From: an uncultured Anaerolineales bacterium
GTDB taxonomy: Bacteria; Chloroflexota; Anaerolineae; UBA7937; B3-Chlor
DNA length: 64,000 nucleotides
Assembly: GCA_964433755.1 (NCBI GenBank)
Contig: CAYSSR010000002.1
Span: 145,419 to 209,418, forward strand
Reading direction: 5' to 3'
Shown here: one piece after another, positions 1 through 9,621 of the stretch
How positions within the stretch are numbered: the first letter of the stretch is position 1
Layout: each line of letters opens with the position of its first letter
Position numbers and translations under genes: made by a program
Notes under the pieces: model-generated
Seen by the model: the letters and a program-made list of their open reading frames with translations, nothing else
Told to the model about the DNA's origin: nothing
Databases searched by the model: none

Positions 1-698
1 TAGACGTCGCCGCTGAAGCAGCTGCTCACGACCTCACGCTGAACGATCACTTCCAGATCAAGTTCCAGGCCTACTCCGGCGAACCCATCGCCAGCTCTGG
101 AAACACCGAGGGCTACACCATCGACGCTATCTGGGTGGACTCCAGCCCGCACGGCGTGGCCACTGTGCCCTTCCACGATGGCTTCGAATCAGGTCTCCAA
201 CTACACGATGTGTGGCAAGAATACCAGCCCAACTACGGGAACGTCTCGGTCGTGCCATCTGAGTGGCCGGAACCTGCTTCCTACGAGGGAGCATACAGCT
301 TACTGCTGGAAGGCTCGGACACCTACTGGGGCTACGAGACGGCTGCCGCCATCTTGACCGTCGACCTCAGCGGGGAAGCGGGTGTGCTCCTCGACTTCTG
401 GTGGAGAGAGTGGAGCGACGAGAACCATCCTGAGGACGGAGTGTTCATCAGCGAGGATCAGGGCGACGCCTGGTACCAGGTCCTGTCCTTCAACAATGGT
501 CCGTCAACCTACCGGCACGACATCGTGGACCTGGCAGAGCAGGCCAGAATCCACGGCCTGACCTTCACCAACGTCTTCCAGATCAAGTTCCAGTTCTACG
601 ACGATGACGACCACCCGACGGACGGCTACTCCATAGACGAGGTCCGGATACGCAACGTCGGAAGCCTGCTGCCCCTGGTCGCCAAGCAGTATCAGTAG
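1..698 (+). CDS. Secreted beta-sandwich repeat protein, C-terminal part (5' end outside the window)
   Basis: Frame 3 is open from nt 3 to the TAG at 696-698, so the GTG at 135 in the ORF track is probably internal. Two copies of a domain-end motif are visible: HFQIKFQAYSG..GYTIDAIWV at the window edge and NVFQIKFQFYDDDD..DGYSIDEVRI near the C-terminus. These resemble MAM/jelly-roll modules. No firm family call by eye. Confidence 0.55.
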   Translation, partial: DVAAEAAAHDLTLNDHFQIKFQAYSGEPIASSGNTEGYTIDAIWVDSSPHGVATVPFHDGFESGLQLHDVWQEYQPNYGNVSVVPSEWPEPASYEGAYSLLLEGSDTYWGYETAAAILTVDLSGEAGVLLDFWWREWSDENHPEDGVFISEDQGDAWYQVLSFNNGPSTYRHDIVDLAEQARIHGLTFTNVFQIKFQFYDDDDHPTDGYSIDEVRIRNVGSLLPLVAKQYQ

Positions 699-701
699 AC
701 G

Positions 702-730
702 AGAAGAGGCTGGACGGACCAGCCTCTTCT
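702..730. terminator. Bidirectional hairpin between convergent genes
   Basis: Perfect 12-bp stem AGAAGAGGCTGG / CCAGCCTCTTCT with loop ACGGA. It sits between the stop at 698 (+) and the stop at 758 (-). Confidence 0.65.
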
Positions 731-757
731 TCGCTCCGTTACTGATCGGTCGACTGT

Positions 758-2983
758 CTAGACCGGCAACAGACTCATCACCCACTCTATGAACTGCGCC
801 AGGAAGTCCCAGGGACTCGCAGCCGACTCCGGTGACGGTGCGCTCTCCGGGATCTCGATCGACGGGAAGTCACCCTCCGATACCTGGTAGGCTGTCCCAT
901 CCAGCACCACGATCACCTCCTGGCCCACCGAGAAGTAGTACCCCCACTCCGGATGGGCCGCGACAAGCGCGAAGTAATCGTCGCTGCCGAACCCGACCTT
1001 CACCGTCTCCATGGAGCTATCGTAGGTGGTGTCGGTCCAGATACCATCCCTGAGCACGAAGACCTTGTCTCTGGCGTACTTGATCTGCTCGGTGCTGTCC
1101 GCCGCCTTATCCGTGGAGCGCAGCGCCTCACGGTTCTCCGCGTCGTCGACGGCACCAGCGCCGCTCGCGGGTGCGGGAACCTCTGTGGCCTCCATCCACA
1201 TCTCCTGGGCCGCCTCCTCCCTACCTTCAGAGGTGAAGATGTCCTGCTCCTCCTCCACCAGGAAGGACGTGTATGGGGTCATGATCCCGTAGCGGACGCT
1301 CAAGTCCACGATCTCGTCTATCAGCTCACGACCCTCGCCGTGAAGCCGGATCTCGTTGAGCAGGTAGCCGATCTTGCGCGTGGCCCATAGCCTGGGGATG
1401 AACTCGTCACCTCCCCTATCGGAGAAGCTCAGGTTCTCGTACACGAACTGCTGCTCCTCCCCGTTCACCTCGCCGCTCAGTACCACGTCCGTGCGCCCAC
1501 CTTCCCTGTAGCGCCCCACCACCACGAGCTGCGTCCCTGCGAAGAGATCGGGCAAAGGATAAGGATAACTCTCCTCGACTCGCAGATCGCCGAAATCGAG
1601 CTCTATGTCAGACAGGAGAGGCATGCTGATCTTGGCGTAGAAGGTGGAAACCTCTTCCTCGATGCTCTCGTACGGACGGACGTAGGAGCTGGCGCCCCGA
1701 TTGTCCTGGGCGATGGTGTCCAGGAGGAAAGTGTTCACGTCGTCGCCCACACCGAAGGTGAAGATGCGCACGTTCTCCGAAACCTGACGGCCAACGTTGT
1801 CGATGATCCTATCCGCCTCGGTAACGCCCTCCGTGGGCAACCCATCTGTCAGAAAGATGATGAGTTGCGGACGCTCGCCGTCGGCCATGGCCAGGGCCTC
1901 GGCCAGGGCCAGGTCGATGTTGGTGCCCCCTACCGCTCTCAGATCGTCTATGAATCTCCAGGCCTCGTCAGCCGCGGTCGCCGGCTCCGGCTCCCGGGCG
2001 TAGACCCTGACCCCAGTGCTGAAGGCCACGATGTTGAAGCGGTCCTCGGGGTTCAGGCTATCCAGGATGTACTCCAAAGCATCTTTGGCCTGTTCGATCT
2101 TCTCGTCGGCCATACTCCCCGAGGTGTCCAGCACGAAGACCACGTCCTTCGCCACTACGTCTTCCTCGTCCACGTCCACCTGCGGCGCCACCAGGAGCAG
2201 GAAGAAGCCATCCTCCCCGCTCTCACGGAAGCTCAGCAGGTTGAGCCCGAATTCGTCGTCGGACAAGGTGTAGTACAGCTCGAAGTCCCGGTCCGGCAGC
2301 ACGTTGGAGGCCTCGAAGCTGACGTTCACCGTGTGCTCATCCACCCGATCCACAGCCACGTCGTGGCTCGGCGAGTAGATGGCTCTGATGGCCTGGTCCG
2401 ATTCCACCCGTACCGAGATGACCACCTCTTCCAGTGGACGAGCCGAGAACCGTTCGGTGTCCAGAGGATAGACGTACTTCACGAGGCCGCCCTCGTTCTC
2501 CAGGATTTGCGTGTAAGCCAGTTCGACCCTGCGCTCATCGCCCGGCTCGATGGGGAAGATGCTGGCCTTGAAGGTGTCCCGGCCCACGTACTCCAGCAGA
2601 GCGGGATCCAGGCTGCGGCGTACGATCTCCTCGTAGATCGCACGTGCCTCGTCGCGGGGCAGGATCTCTCCTTCCCAGCGCTCGCCATCCACGTACATGG
2701 CGAACTCGGAGATAGCTGCCTCCTCTGGCAACGGGAAGATGTAGATACCTTCCAGATCGTACTCCGTGTCGTTGAGGAACACCTGATCCACCTCGGTGGT
2801 TGCCACCTGATTGGTGATGTCCACCTCCACGCGATGGTATTCGATAACCAGATTGGGGGCCTGGCCAGGCTCCACGCCCGGTGGGGGATCCACGATCACC
2901 ACACCGTCCGCCTGTGCCACTCCCGCGCTGCTCAGAAGCAAGCTGGCTGTCACCAGAACCATCAACACCACTCTCGTCTTCAT
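758..2983 (-). CDS. VIT domain + von Willebrand factor A domain secreted protein
   Basis: I moved the start to the internal ATG at 2983, which follows AAGGAGG and opens a signal peptide (MKTRVVLMVLVTASLLLSSAGVAQA). A VIT-like N-terminus is present (IEYHRVEVDITNQVATTEVDQVF). The vWA MIDAS motif VFVLDTSGSM is followed by GGTNI and FLTDGLPT. Confidence 0.85.
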   Translation of the reverse strand: MKTRVVLMVLVTASLLLSSAGVAQADGVVIVDPPPGVEPGQAPNLVIEYHRVEVDITNQVATTEVDQVFLNDTEYDLEGIYIFPLPEEAAISEFAMYVDGERWEGEILPRDEARAIYEEIVRRSLDPALLEYVGRDTFKASIFPIEPGDERRVELAYTQILENEGGLVKYVYPLDTERFSARPLEEVVISVRVESDQAIRAIYSPSHDVAVDRVDEHTVNVSFEASNVLPDRDFELYYTLSDDEFGLNLLSFRESGEDGFFLLLVAPQVDVDEEDVVAKDVVFVLDTSGSMADEKIEQAKDALEYILDSLNPEDRFNIVAFSTGVRVYAREPEPATAADEAWRFIDDLRAVGGTNIDLALAEALAMADGERPQLIIFLTDGLPTEGVTEADRIIDNVGRQVSENVRIFTFGVGDDVNTFLLDTIAQDNRGASSYVRPYESIEEEVSTFYAKISMPLLSDIELDFGDLRVEESYPYPLPDLFAGTQLVVVGRYREGGRTDVVLSGEVNGEEQQFVYENLSFSDRGGDEFIPRLWATRKIGYLLNEIRLHGEGRELIDEIVDLSVRYGIMTPYTSFLVEEEQDIFTSEGREEAAQEMWMEATEVPAPASGAGAVDDAENREALRSTDKAADSTEQIKYARDKVFVLRDGIWTDTTYDSSMETVKVGFGSDDYFALVAAHPEWGYYFSVGQEVIVVLDGTAYQVSEGDFPSIEIPESAPSPESAASPWDFLAQFIEWVMSLLPV

Positions 2984-3164
2984 CCTAGTGCCTCCTTTCA
3001 GTTCGCAGAGGTTCTGCCCCACTGTCCTACCCTTTCGACTACAAGACGCACGTGGGATCAAAAAGGTTCCTTGCCTTCCCTGCCATCGGCCGTGACAGCG
3101 TCACCTTTGCGCCTCCACTACCGTTATACACAATAGGTTGTCATAAGGAACGAAAGGTGATAAT

Positions 3165-4997
3165 ATGGGCCCTGGTAGAGCAGAGATGGTTGCCGAAGCC
3201 CCTTCGCCCGCCCAAACTGACACTCAGCCCGAGGAGAACCTCGGTCCGCTGTTGTCCCTGGCGCAGGTCAGTGCGACGCTTCTCTCCGAGGTCGAAATCG
3301 AGCGTCTCTACGAACTCATCCTCGAGGTCGTACAGCGTGAGACGGGTGCGGGCATGGTGTCCCTGATGCTACTCGACGAGGGCACGCAGGAGTTGTGCGT
3401 CGAGGCCGCCCTCGGTCTGCCCGCTGCGCTGGTCGGGGCCGCCAGAGTGAAGGTTGGAGAGAGGATTGCCGGCTGGGTGTTGGAGCACGAAGAGCCCCTG
3501 CTGCTCACGGATCGGAGTCCCGTCGACCAGGCGATACGCGAAGCGATGCACAGAGACGAGCTGACGTCTGCCCTCTGCGTGCCCCTCAAGATCAAGGGAC
3601 GGCTGATCGGCGTGCTCAACGCCAGCAAGACGACCACAGAGTCTCCGTTCGACCACCACGATCTCGAACTGCTCTCCATCCTGGCCAGCCAGGTAGCCAT
3701 CGCCATCGAGAACTCACGCGTCCACGAGGCAACCAGACAGAGAACCAGCCAACTAGATGCTCTGAATGAGTTGGGCCGCGTTGTGACCTCCACTCTGGAC
3801 CTCGACGAAGTGCTCCGACTGGCGATGCAGGGCATCAACCAGATCATCGAGGCCGAAGCTGGCTCCCTACTGCTCCTCGACGAGACCACCAGCCAGCTCG
3901 TCTTCCAGGTGAGTCTCCACGGAGACGCACAGCAATCCGCGCCGTTCGCGCTCCAGATCGGGCAGGGGATCGCCGGATGGGTGGTCAAAGAGGGAGAACC
4001 TCTCCTGGTTAGCGATGTGGACGAGGACCCCAGATACTACAAGGAGGCCAGCGAGGGGTTCGGCCTGCAGTGTCACTCCATTCTGTGCGTACCTCTGATC
4101 ATCAGAGAGCACGTGATCGGAGCCATAGAGCTCATCAACAAGCTAGGCGGGCAATTCACAGCCGAGGACCTCGAACTGTTGAACTCCATGGCTTCCACGA
4201 TCGCCATCGCCGTTGAGAATGCACGCCTGTACACCGAACTGGCCGAGTTCGCCCGTGAGTTGGAGAGATCCCAAGCCCAACTGGTCAAGGCAGAGAAGCT
4301 TGCGGCCACAGGGAAACTGGCGGCGTCACTGGCCCACGAGATCAACAATCCGCTACAGGCGATCCAGAACTGCCTCCACCTCGTCACCAGGAACCGTCCT
4401 CTGAGCGAGGCCAAACGACAGACGTACCTGTCCATGGCTCAGGAAGAGGTGCAGCGACTGATAGATCTCGTGCAACGGATGCTCGATTTCTACCGCCCCT
4501 CCAAGGAGAACGTAGAACCTGTGGAGGTCTCGGACGTCCTGGACGACGTGCTCTCTCTCGTTGGCAAGAGACTACAACACGGGGGTATCACCGTACACCG
4601 GACGGAGAGGTCGCCATCGCCTCCTGTAGACGGAGTGAGCAACCTGCTGAAGCAGGTCTTCCTGAACATCATCATCAACGCACTCGAGGCGATGACCGAG
4701 GGGGGTGATCTGTACATCGATACCTCCTGGGACGAGCAGCGAGAGGAAGTGGCTGTGAGTTTCACCGACACCGGACACGGCATTCCCGCTTCCGAACTCG
4801 CAAGCATCTTCGATCCCTTCTTCACATCTAAACCCAAGGGCACAGGCCTTGGACTATCCATAAGCCACGGGATCATCGAGAGACACGGCGGAAGAATAGA
4901 GGTCAAGAGCGAGGTGGGAAAGGGCTCTGCCTTCTCCGTGCATCTTCCCTGCCGACCTCTCGGCCCGCAACAAGCGGAACCACCACAGGCCTCATGA
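3165..4997 (+). CDS. Cytoplasmic GAF-GAF sensor histidine kinase (HisKA + HATPase_c)
   Basis: Two GAF-like blocks are present (..GERIAGWVLEHEEPLLLTD and ..GQGIAGWVVKEGEPLLVSDV). The H-box is KLAASLAHEINNPLQAI. The ATPase N/G boxes are NIIINALEAM, DTGHGIP and GTGLGLSISHGIIERHGG. No TM segments seen. Confidence 0.9.
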   Translation: MGPGRAEMVAEAPSPAQTDTQPEENLGPLLSLAQVSATLLSEVEIERLYELILEVVQRETGAGMVSLMLLDEGTQELCVEAALGLPAALVGAARVKVGERIAGWVLEHEEPLLLTDRSPVDQAIREAMHRDELTSALCVPLKIKGRLIGVLNASKTTTESPFDHHDLELLSILASQVAIAIENSRVHEATRQRTSQLDALNELGRVVTSTLDLDEVLRLAMQGINQIIEAEAGSLLLLDETTSQLVFQVSLHGDAQQSAPFALQIGQGIAGWVVKEGEPLLVSDVDEDPRYYKEASEGFGLQCHSILCVPLIIREHVIGAIELINKLGGQFTAEDLELLNSMASTIAIAVENARLYTELAEFARELERSQAQLVKAEKLAATGKLAASLAHEINNPLQAIQNCLHLVTRNRPLSEAKRQTYLSMAQEEVQRLIDLVQRMLDFYRPSKENVEPVEVSDVLDDVLSLVGKRLQHGGITVHRTERSPSPPVDGVSNLLKQVFLNIIINALEAMTEGGDLYIDTSWDEQREEVAVSFTDTGHGIPASELASIFDPFFTSKPKGTGLGLSISHGIIERHGGRIEVKSEVGKGSAFSVHLPCRPLGPQQAEPPQAS

Positions 4998-5038
4998 ACA
5001 CATGCGCCATAGCCGTTGCAGCAGGGGCGCCCAGTCCA

Positions 5039-5067
5039 TTGACAGATGCTAGGAAATGTGATATACT
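5039..5067 (+). promoter_or_regulatory. Near-consensus sigma-70 type promoter inside the operon-like array
   Basis: TTGACA (5039-5044), a 17-nt spacer ending TGTGA, then TATACT (5062-5067). It lies about 130 nt upstream of the ATG at 5201. Confidence 0.45.
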
Positions 5068-5200
5068 ACGATGGTGAAGCCCTCGCGTCTCCAACCCCGT
5101 GGGTGCTAAGTCCTGCCGAGGGGCCAGATCGTTGCCGGGTCAGCTTCTGTTGAGGTGGAATCGGGGGCTGGCCCGTTTGTGTTCTGCTAGAGCATAGGGG

Positions 5201-5812
5201 ATGCGCATGAAGCGAAAGGTCGTCTCGTCCTTGTCGGGAGAGTACCTCGAGGCCATCGGCAGAAGGCTGCGTGAGCTTCTGGTCGATGCCGATGCCGTTG
5301 CCGTGGTCATGGTCGACACCATGGGCCAGATCATCGCCCAGGCCGGGAATGCGGGTGACATGGACATCACCACGCTGGTTTCCCTTCTGGCGGCCAGTTT
5401 CGCGACCACCTCTGAGATGTCGCGCCAGCTACGGGAGAGCCGCAGGACGTTCAACCTCACCTTTCACGAAGGTGAGAGATACGACATCTATGCCTCCAAC
5501 ATCGCGAGAGGGCTCTTCCTCGTTCTCGTCTTCGACCGGGAGACCTACGCTCCGAAGATAGGAATGGTCTGGCTGTACATCAAGAGGAGTATCCAGGACT
5601 TGCTGCGCATAGCGGCCCAGACCGAAGTCGCCAAGCCCAGAGAAGCCCTGTCCTCCGATTTCGCGCAGTCTCTTAGCGATGAACTCGACAACCTCTTTTC
5701 TGAGAGGATGCCGTCGCCGCCGGCCGACAGCCGTTGGGACGAGGCGCGCATGCAGGAACTAATTCGCTGGAGACGCAGGGACCAACAAGCGCCGGAAGAA
5801 AGGAAACCGTAG
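5201..5812 (+). CDS. Long Roadblock/LC7 (MglB-like) protein
   Basis: Paralogous to the ORFs at 7712, 10446 and 13799 (LRELLVDADAVAVVMVDTMGQIIAQAGN..FHEGERYDIYASNI..LFLVLVFD). Its stop TAG directly abuts the next ATG at 5813. The start could be 5207. Confidence 0.75.
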   Translation: MRMKRKVVSSLSGEYLEAIGRRLRELLVDADAVAVVMVDTMGQIIAQAGNAGDMDITTLVSLLAASFATTSEMSRQLRESRRTFNLTFHEGERYDIYASNIARGLFLVLVFDRETYAPKIGMVWLYIKRSIQDLLRIAAQTEVAKPREALSSDFAQSLSDELDNLFSERMPSPPADSRWDEARMQELIRWRRRDQQAPEERKP

Positions 5813-6502
5813 ATGCCGCTGGAGGGGAGTCTCAAGGAACTGAGCCTGACGAACATCATACAGGTGAACTGCAACGAGATGAATACGGCGACGGTGCGCC
5901 TCGCGTACGAGGGCAAGAACGGCGTCATCTGCTTCGCTGAAGGGGGCATCGTGCACGCTGCGGCTGGGGACCTGGTGGGCGAGGAAGCCGTCTATGAGTT
6001 GCTCAGTTGGCCGGATGGTACTTTCGTCGTGGAGCAGGGCGAGGTGATTCCGCAGAGAACCATCGACAGCAGTTGGAATAGCCTCCTGCTGGAAGGCATA
6101 CGCCGAGTGGACGAGGGCGAAGTGCCGCCAGCGGAGTCACTCAACGTGGAGCCGATCGATCTTCCAGCACCAGACGAAGACGACATGAGCCGACTGGCTC
6201 GCGAGTTGAGGACGCTTGACGGCGTTGAAGGCTCAGTGATTATCTCACACGATGGCGTCGTCTTCGCCAGCAATCTCGAGGGCAATCCCGAGAAAGAAGG
6301 CGCGGTGGCAGTCTTCGTCGGTAACGCTGCCAAAGAGGTCGGACGGGCCATGGACCTCTCCCCTTTCGATTGGGGACTGGTTACCATGGGCAACGATAGA
6401 ATGCTCGTCCTCGAGCAGCCAACGTACTTTGTGGGGCTGCTCTTGGGTGAGAAAGCATCTCCAGCTTTGGTGAGCGCAGAGGTGGCCAAGGTCGTTAGAT
6501 AG
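5813..6502 (+). CDS. PATAN (DUF4388) domain fused to a Roadblock/LC7 domain
   Basis: N-terminus GSLKELSLTNIIQVNCNEMNTATVRL..GVICFAEGGIVHAAAGDLVGEEAVYELLSWPDGTFVVEQG matches the DUF4388 pattern. C-terminus LDGVEGSVIISHDGVVFASNLEG..MLVLEQ is Roadblock-like. Confidence 0.75.
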   Translation: MPLEGSLKELSLTNIIQVNCNEMNTATVRLAYEGKNGVICFAEGGIVHAAAGDLVGEEAVYELLSWPDGTFVVEQGEVIPQRTIDSSWNSLLLEGIRRVDEGEVPPAESLNVEPIDLPAPDEDDMSRLARELRTLDGVEGSVIISHDGVVFASNLEGNPEKEGAVAVFVGNAAKEVGRAMDLSPFDWGLVTMGNDRMLVLEQPTYFVGLLLGEKASPALVSAEVAKVVR

Positions 6503-6522
6503 CACAGCAGGAGGGATGACTC

Positions 6523-7686
6523 GTGCAACAGCTACTAAACGACATCAATGCCGTTGCCGGCGTGACGGGATCGTTCGTCTGTGATTCTGCGGGCGCGATT
6601 GTGGCGGAGGTATTGCCGCCGTCCTTCGAGGGGCCAACCGTCCAGTTGGCAGCCCGAACGCTGCTCCAGACCGTGGATGGACTCGAGACCACCAGGCGTC
6701 GCAGAGTGCACCAGCTCGACATAGTGTTCCGCGAGTCGAGGATCGTGGTCAAGAACCTGCGTGTCGGCTGTCTCTACGTGGTCTGCGCCCGTAACATCAA
6801 TGTACCTCTTCTGGACCTGACCGCCAACCTGGCAGCCAGGAAGCTGACTCAGGCGCTCAAGGAGACGCAGCAGAAGGCGGAGCCCGCTACCACCGTTGCC
6901 CCTGTGGCGAAGCCGGTGGTTGAGGCACCAGAGGAGGAGCTGCCAAGCGATCGTTCCGCACTGCTCTTGGCTCGGGCTCACGAGGTGATTGGAGCAGCAG
7001 TGAAGCGAGCGATCCTTCTGCGCCTCTTGGGCGGCACGGCCGTGAAGGCGACTTGTCCAAGTGCTGCCAGCATCACCTTGCCGGCCGAGGATCTTGACCT
7101 CGATCTAGCGGTCTACGGTAAACAGCGGGAGCATCTGGACGAGGCCATGGAGGGCTTGGGCTACGAGCCTCACCAGCGCTTCAACGCCCTTCACGGTCAC
7201 AGACGCCTCAAATACACGCATCCTGAGCAAGGCATTGCTCTCGACGTGTTTGTAGACACCTTCCACATGTGCCACAGACTTCCCTTCGCCAACCGACTAG
7301 AGTTGGCCGACCTGTGCATTCCGTCCGCCGACCTGCTCCTGTCCAAGCTTCAGATAGTGCGAATGGGAGAAAAGGACCTGAGAGACATCTATGCCATTCT
7401 GTGTGACCACGAGCTTGGGTCCGCTGGCGCGGTGGACGAGGTTGATACAGACTACATGGTCTCGGTATGTAGCGACGACTGGGGCTGGTACAAGACAGTC
7501 ACCATGAACCTGGAGAAGAGCATGGAATTGGCGGGTGAGTTCCTCGCCGACCAACAGCAAGAGATCTTCGGAGCCCGTGCCCGGAAACTGAGAGAAGCAA
7601 TCGAGGCGGCTCCCAAGTCCTTGCGCTGGCAGGCGAGAGCCGCAATCGGGGAAGCAAGGCGTTGGTACGACCTGCCCGAGGAGTAG
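6523..7686 (+). CDS. Roadblock/LC7 domain fused to a C-terminal nucleotidyltransferase-like domain (tentative)
   Basis: GTG start after GGAGGG. The N-terminus LLNDINAVAGVTGSFVCDSAGAIVAEVLP is paralogous to the ORF at 16182. The C-terminal half has LLGGTAV..(19 aa)..DLDLDLAV..IALDVFVD, which resembles a pol-beta-fold NTase acidic triad. That assignment is inference. Confidence 0.65.
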   Translation: MQQLLNDINAVAGVTGSFVCDSAGAIVAEVLPPSFEGPTVQLAARTLLQTVDGLETTRRRRVHQLDIVFRESRIVVKNLRVGCLYVVCARNINVPLLDLTANLAARKLTQALKETQQKAEPATTVAPVAKPVVEAPEEELPSDRSALLLARAHEVIGAAVKRAILLRLLGGTAVKATCPSAASITLPAEDLDLDLAVYGKQREHLDEAMEGLGYEPHQRFNALHGHRRLKYTHPEQGIALDVFVDTFHMCHRLPFANRLELADLCIPSADLLLSKLQIVRMGEKDLRDIYAILCDHELGSAGAVDEVDTDYMVSVCSDDWGWYKTVTMNLEKSMELAGEFLADQQQEIFGARARKLREAIEAAPKSLRWQARAAIGEARRWYDLPEE

Positions 7687-7711
7687 CAGACCAGCGGAGA
7701 GGAAGAGACCC

Positions 7712-8194
7712 ATGGAATCCCTGAACCCCCCGACGGAGTTGTTCATCCGCATTGAGGACTGCCTCGAACGCTTGCTCGACAGGAGTCGCGCGATCTGCGT
7801 CTTCCTGGCCGATATCAGCGGACAACTAATCAGTGAGAGAGGGAATGACGAGGGGCTGGATATCGCTGCTCTGGCGGCCGTGACGGCAAGCAACATGGCC
7901 GCGACTGGTGAGATGGCCAGGCAACTGGGCGAACCAGTGCCCTTTTCCTACCTTTTTCACGAGGGACGGAGACGCAATATCTACATCTCCGCAGTCGGCG
8001 AAAGCTTTCTGCTGGTGATCGTATTCGACGACATGACGCAGATAGGGTTGGTGCGCATCTTTGCCAGACTCGCGGTCAACGAACTGATCAAGGTCGCCGA
8101 GGAGATGGAGCCCTGGCTGGAGAGAGCAAGTTCGGTGGTGGATCGCGAGTTCGGCGGCGCGTTGGCCGAGGGACTGGATGAGGCCTTCATCTAG
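7712..8194 (+). CDS. mglB: MglB-like Roadblock/LC7 protein (putative MglA GAP)
   Basis: 160 aa, immediately upstream of an mglA gene as in mglBA operons. The Roadblock pattern is LERLLDRSRAICVFLADISGQLISERGN..LFHEGRRRNIYISAV..FLLVIVFD. Confidence 0.75.
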   Translation: MESLNPPTELFIRIEDCLERLLDRSRAICVFLADISGQLISERGNDEGLDIAALAAVTASNMAATGEMARQLGEPVPFSYLFHEGRRRNIYISAVGESFLLVIVFDDMTQIGLVRIFARLAVNELIKVAEEMEPWLERASSVVDREFGGALAEGLDEAFI

Positions 8195-8230
8195 CCCAGG
8201 CGAACGGCGCCGTTCGCGTCAGAGGACAGG

Positions 8231-8803
8231 ATGTTCATCAATTGGAAGATGCGCGAGATCAACCTCAAGATCGTGTACTACGGGCCAGCCCTCAGCGGCA
8301 AGACCACAAACCTCGAGTACGTGCACTCCAGGACGCACCCGAACCTGCGGGGAGAGCTCATCTCCCTAAAGACCAGAGGAGACCGTACTCTCTACTTCGA
8401 TTTCATGCAGCTGGAGCTGGGACAGATCAAGGGGCTCAAACCCAAGTTCAATCTGTATACCGTGCCCGGCCAACCGTGCTACATTGCCAGTCGAAGGCTC
8501 GTGCTGCAAGGGGCAGACGGCGTGGTGTACGTGGCTGACTCGCAACTCAGCAGGCTCAAAGCGAACATAGAGACTATGCACAGCCTCGAGGAGAACCTGC
8601 GGGAGCTTGGCACGAACCCACTGGACTTTCCAGTGGTACTCCAGTACAACAAGAGGGACCTACCCAGCATAGCCCCTGTGGCACTGCTGCGGATGCAATT
8701 GGCGAGGGACGGTGTACCTCAGTATCAATCGGTAGCCACCGAGGGCGTGGGAGTGCTGGAAACGCTCAAGGCAGCCATCAACCTAGTCGTGTCAAGGATA
8801 TGA
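8231..8803 (+). CDS. mglA: MglA-family Ras-like small GTPase (copy 1)
   Basis: MFINWKMREINLKIVYYGPALSGKTTNL (P-loop), DRTLYFDF (switch I with the MglA Arg/Thr), YTVPGQ (switch II), YNKRDL (G4). Collinear with Myxococcus MglA along its length as I recall that sequence. Confidence 0.9.
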   Translation: MFINWKMREINLKIVYYGPALSGKTTNLEYVHSRTHPNLRGELISLKTRGDRTLYFDFMQLELGQIKGLKPKFNLYTVPGQPCYIASRRLVLQGADGVVYVADSQLSRLKANIETMHSLEENLRELGTNPLDFPVVLQYNKRDLPSIAPVALLRMQLARDGVPQYQSVATEGVGVLETLKAAINLVVSRI

Positions 8804-8807
8804 CGAT

Positions 8808-9188
8808 ATGTCAAAGGTATCTTTCGAACAAGCCTTGGAGAGGATCAACCGCGACGGCAGTTTTGAGGCCTCAGTGCTCGCCAGCAGCGATGGTTTGCCC
8901 ATCGCCACGGTGCCCTCGGGGTATGATACAGATGTGACCGCTGCCATGGTCGCTCTCCTCCGAAGTGTTGCTCAGCAGACTCAGGACCACGTGGGCATGG
9001 CCCCACTGGACGAGGTCACGGTCAGGTCCAGCGATCATATACGACTGGTCTGTCGCTGCTTCCAGCTAGACGGCGAGGAGTTCGTCTTGGCCGTGGTCAT
9101 ACCCCGCAAGCAGCGCTACTACAGACAACTGACCAACCGGGCCATCCGCGAGCTCAGACTTGCGTGGCACGCCATGGTGGAGGACTAG
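8808..9188 (+). CDS. Short Roadblock/LC7 protein
   Basis: 126 aa: SFEASVLASSDGLPIATV..IRLVCRCFQLDGEEFVLAVVIP..YYRQLTNRAIRELRLAW. Paralogue of the convergent ORF at 9622-10020. Confidence 0.75.
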   Translation: MSKVSFEQALERINRDGSFEASVLASSDGLPIATVPSGYDTDVTAAMVALLRSVAQQTQDHVGMAPLDEVTVRSSDHIRLVCRCFQLDGEEFVLAVVIPRKQRYYRQLTNRAIRELRLAWHAMVED

Positions 9189-9621
9189 CCAGGTCGCCAC
9201 TCGCTGGCGGCCCGCACGGGACCGCGGAGTAGGCGCCAACTGACCACATCACCCCCGACCTAGGAGCCATCGAGAAATGCTACACCCTCCCCTGCCAGGA
9301 CGGGTAGTCCCTGTAGCAGCAAACCCGAAGGCTCCTCTCAAAAACCGTCCAGGACCGGAGCCCCCACCTCTGAGCCCGACGCTGCAGCAAAGGCATCCAG
9401 TTCGCGGGACTCTCACTCTCTCATGAGCATTTCGTCGTGGACCCGGAGTTGCTCCAATCGCGGTCCCCGAAGGCCCAACAGGCCAGCCAGCCTCTGAAGA
9501 AGAGAATCCAGGTCTTCTTTAGACCTGGACGCTGAGGCCACGCTCAACGGAACCCATCCTACGGCTCGCCACTTCCTCTCGACAGCCTCGACTACCACCG
9601 ATTCGATGGCGACGGCACTCT

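Noticed and set aside
1865-3136. 423-aa ORF antisense to the VIT/vWA gene
   Set aside because: Shadow ORF of a gene with clear domain motifs. Low-complexity composition rich in Arg/His/Gln/Val.
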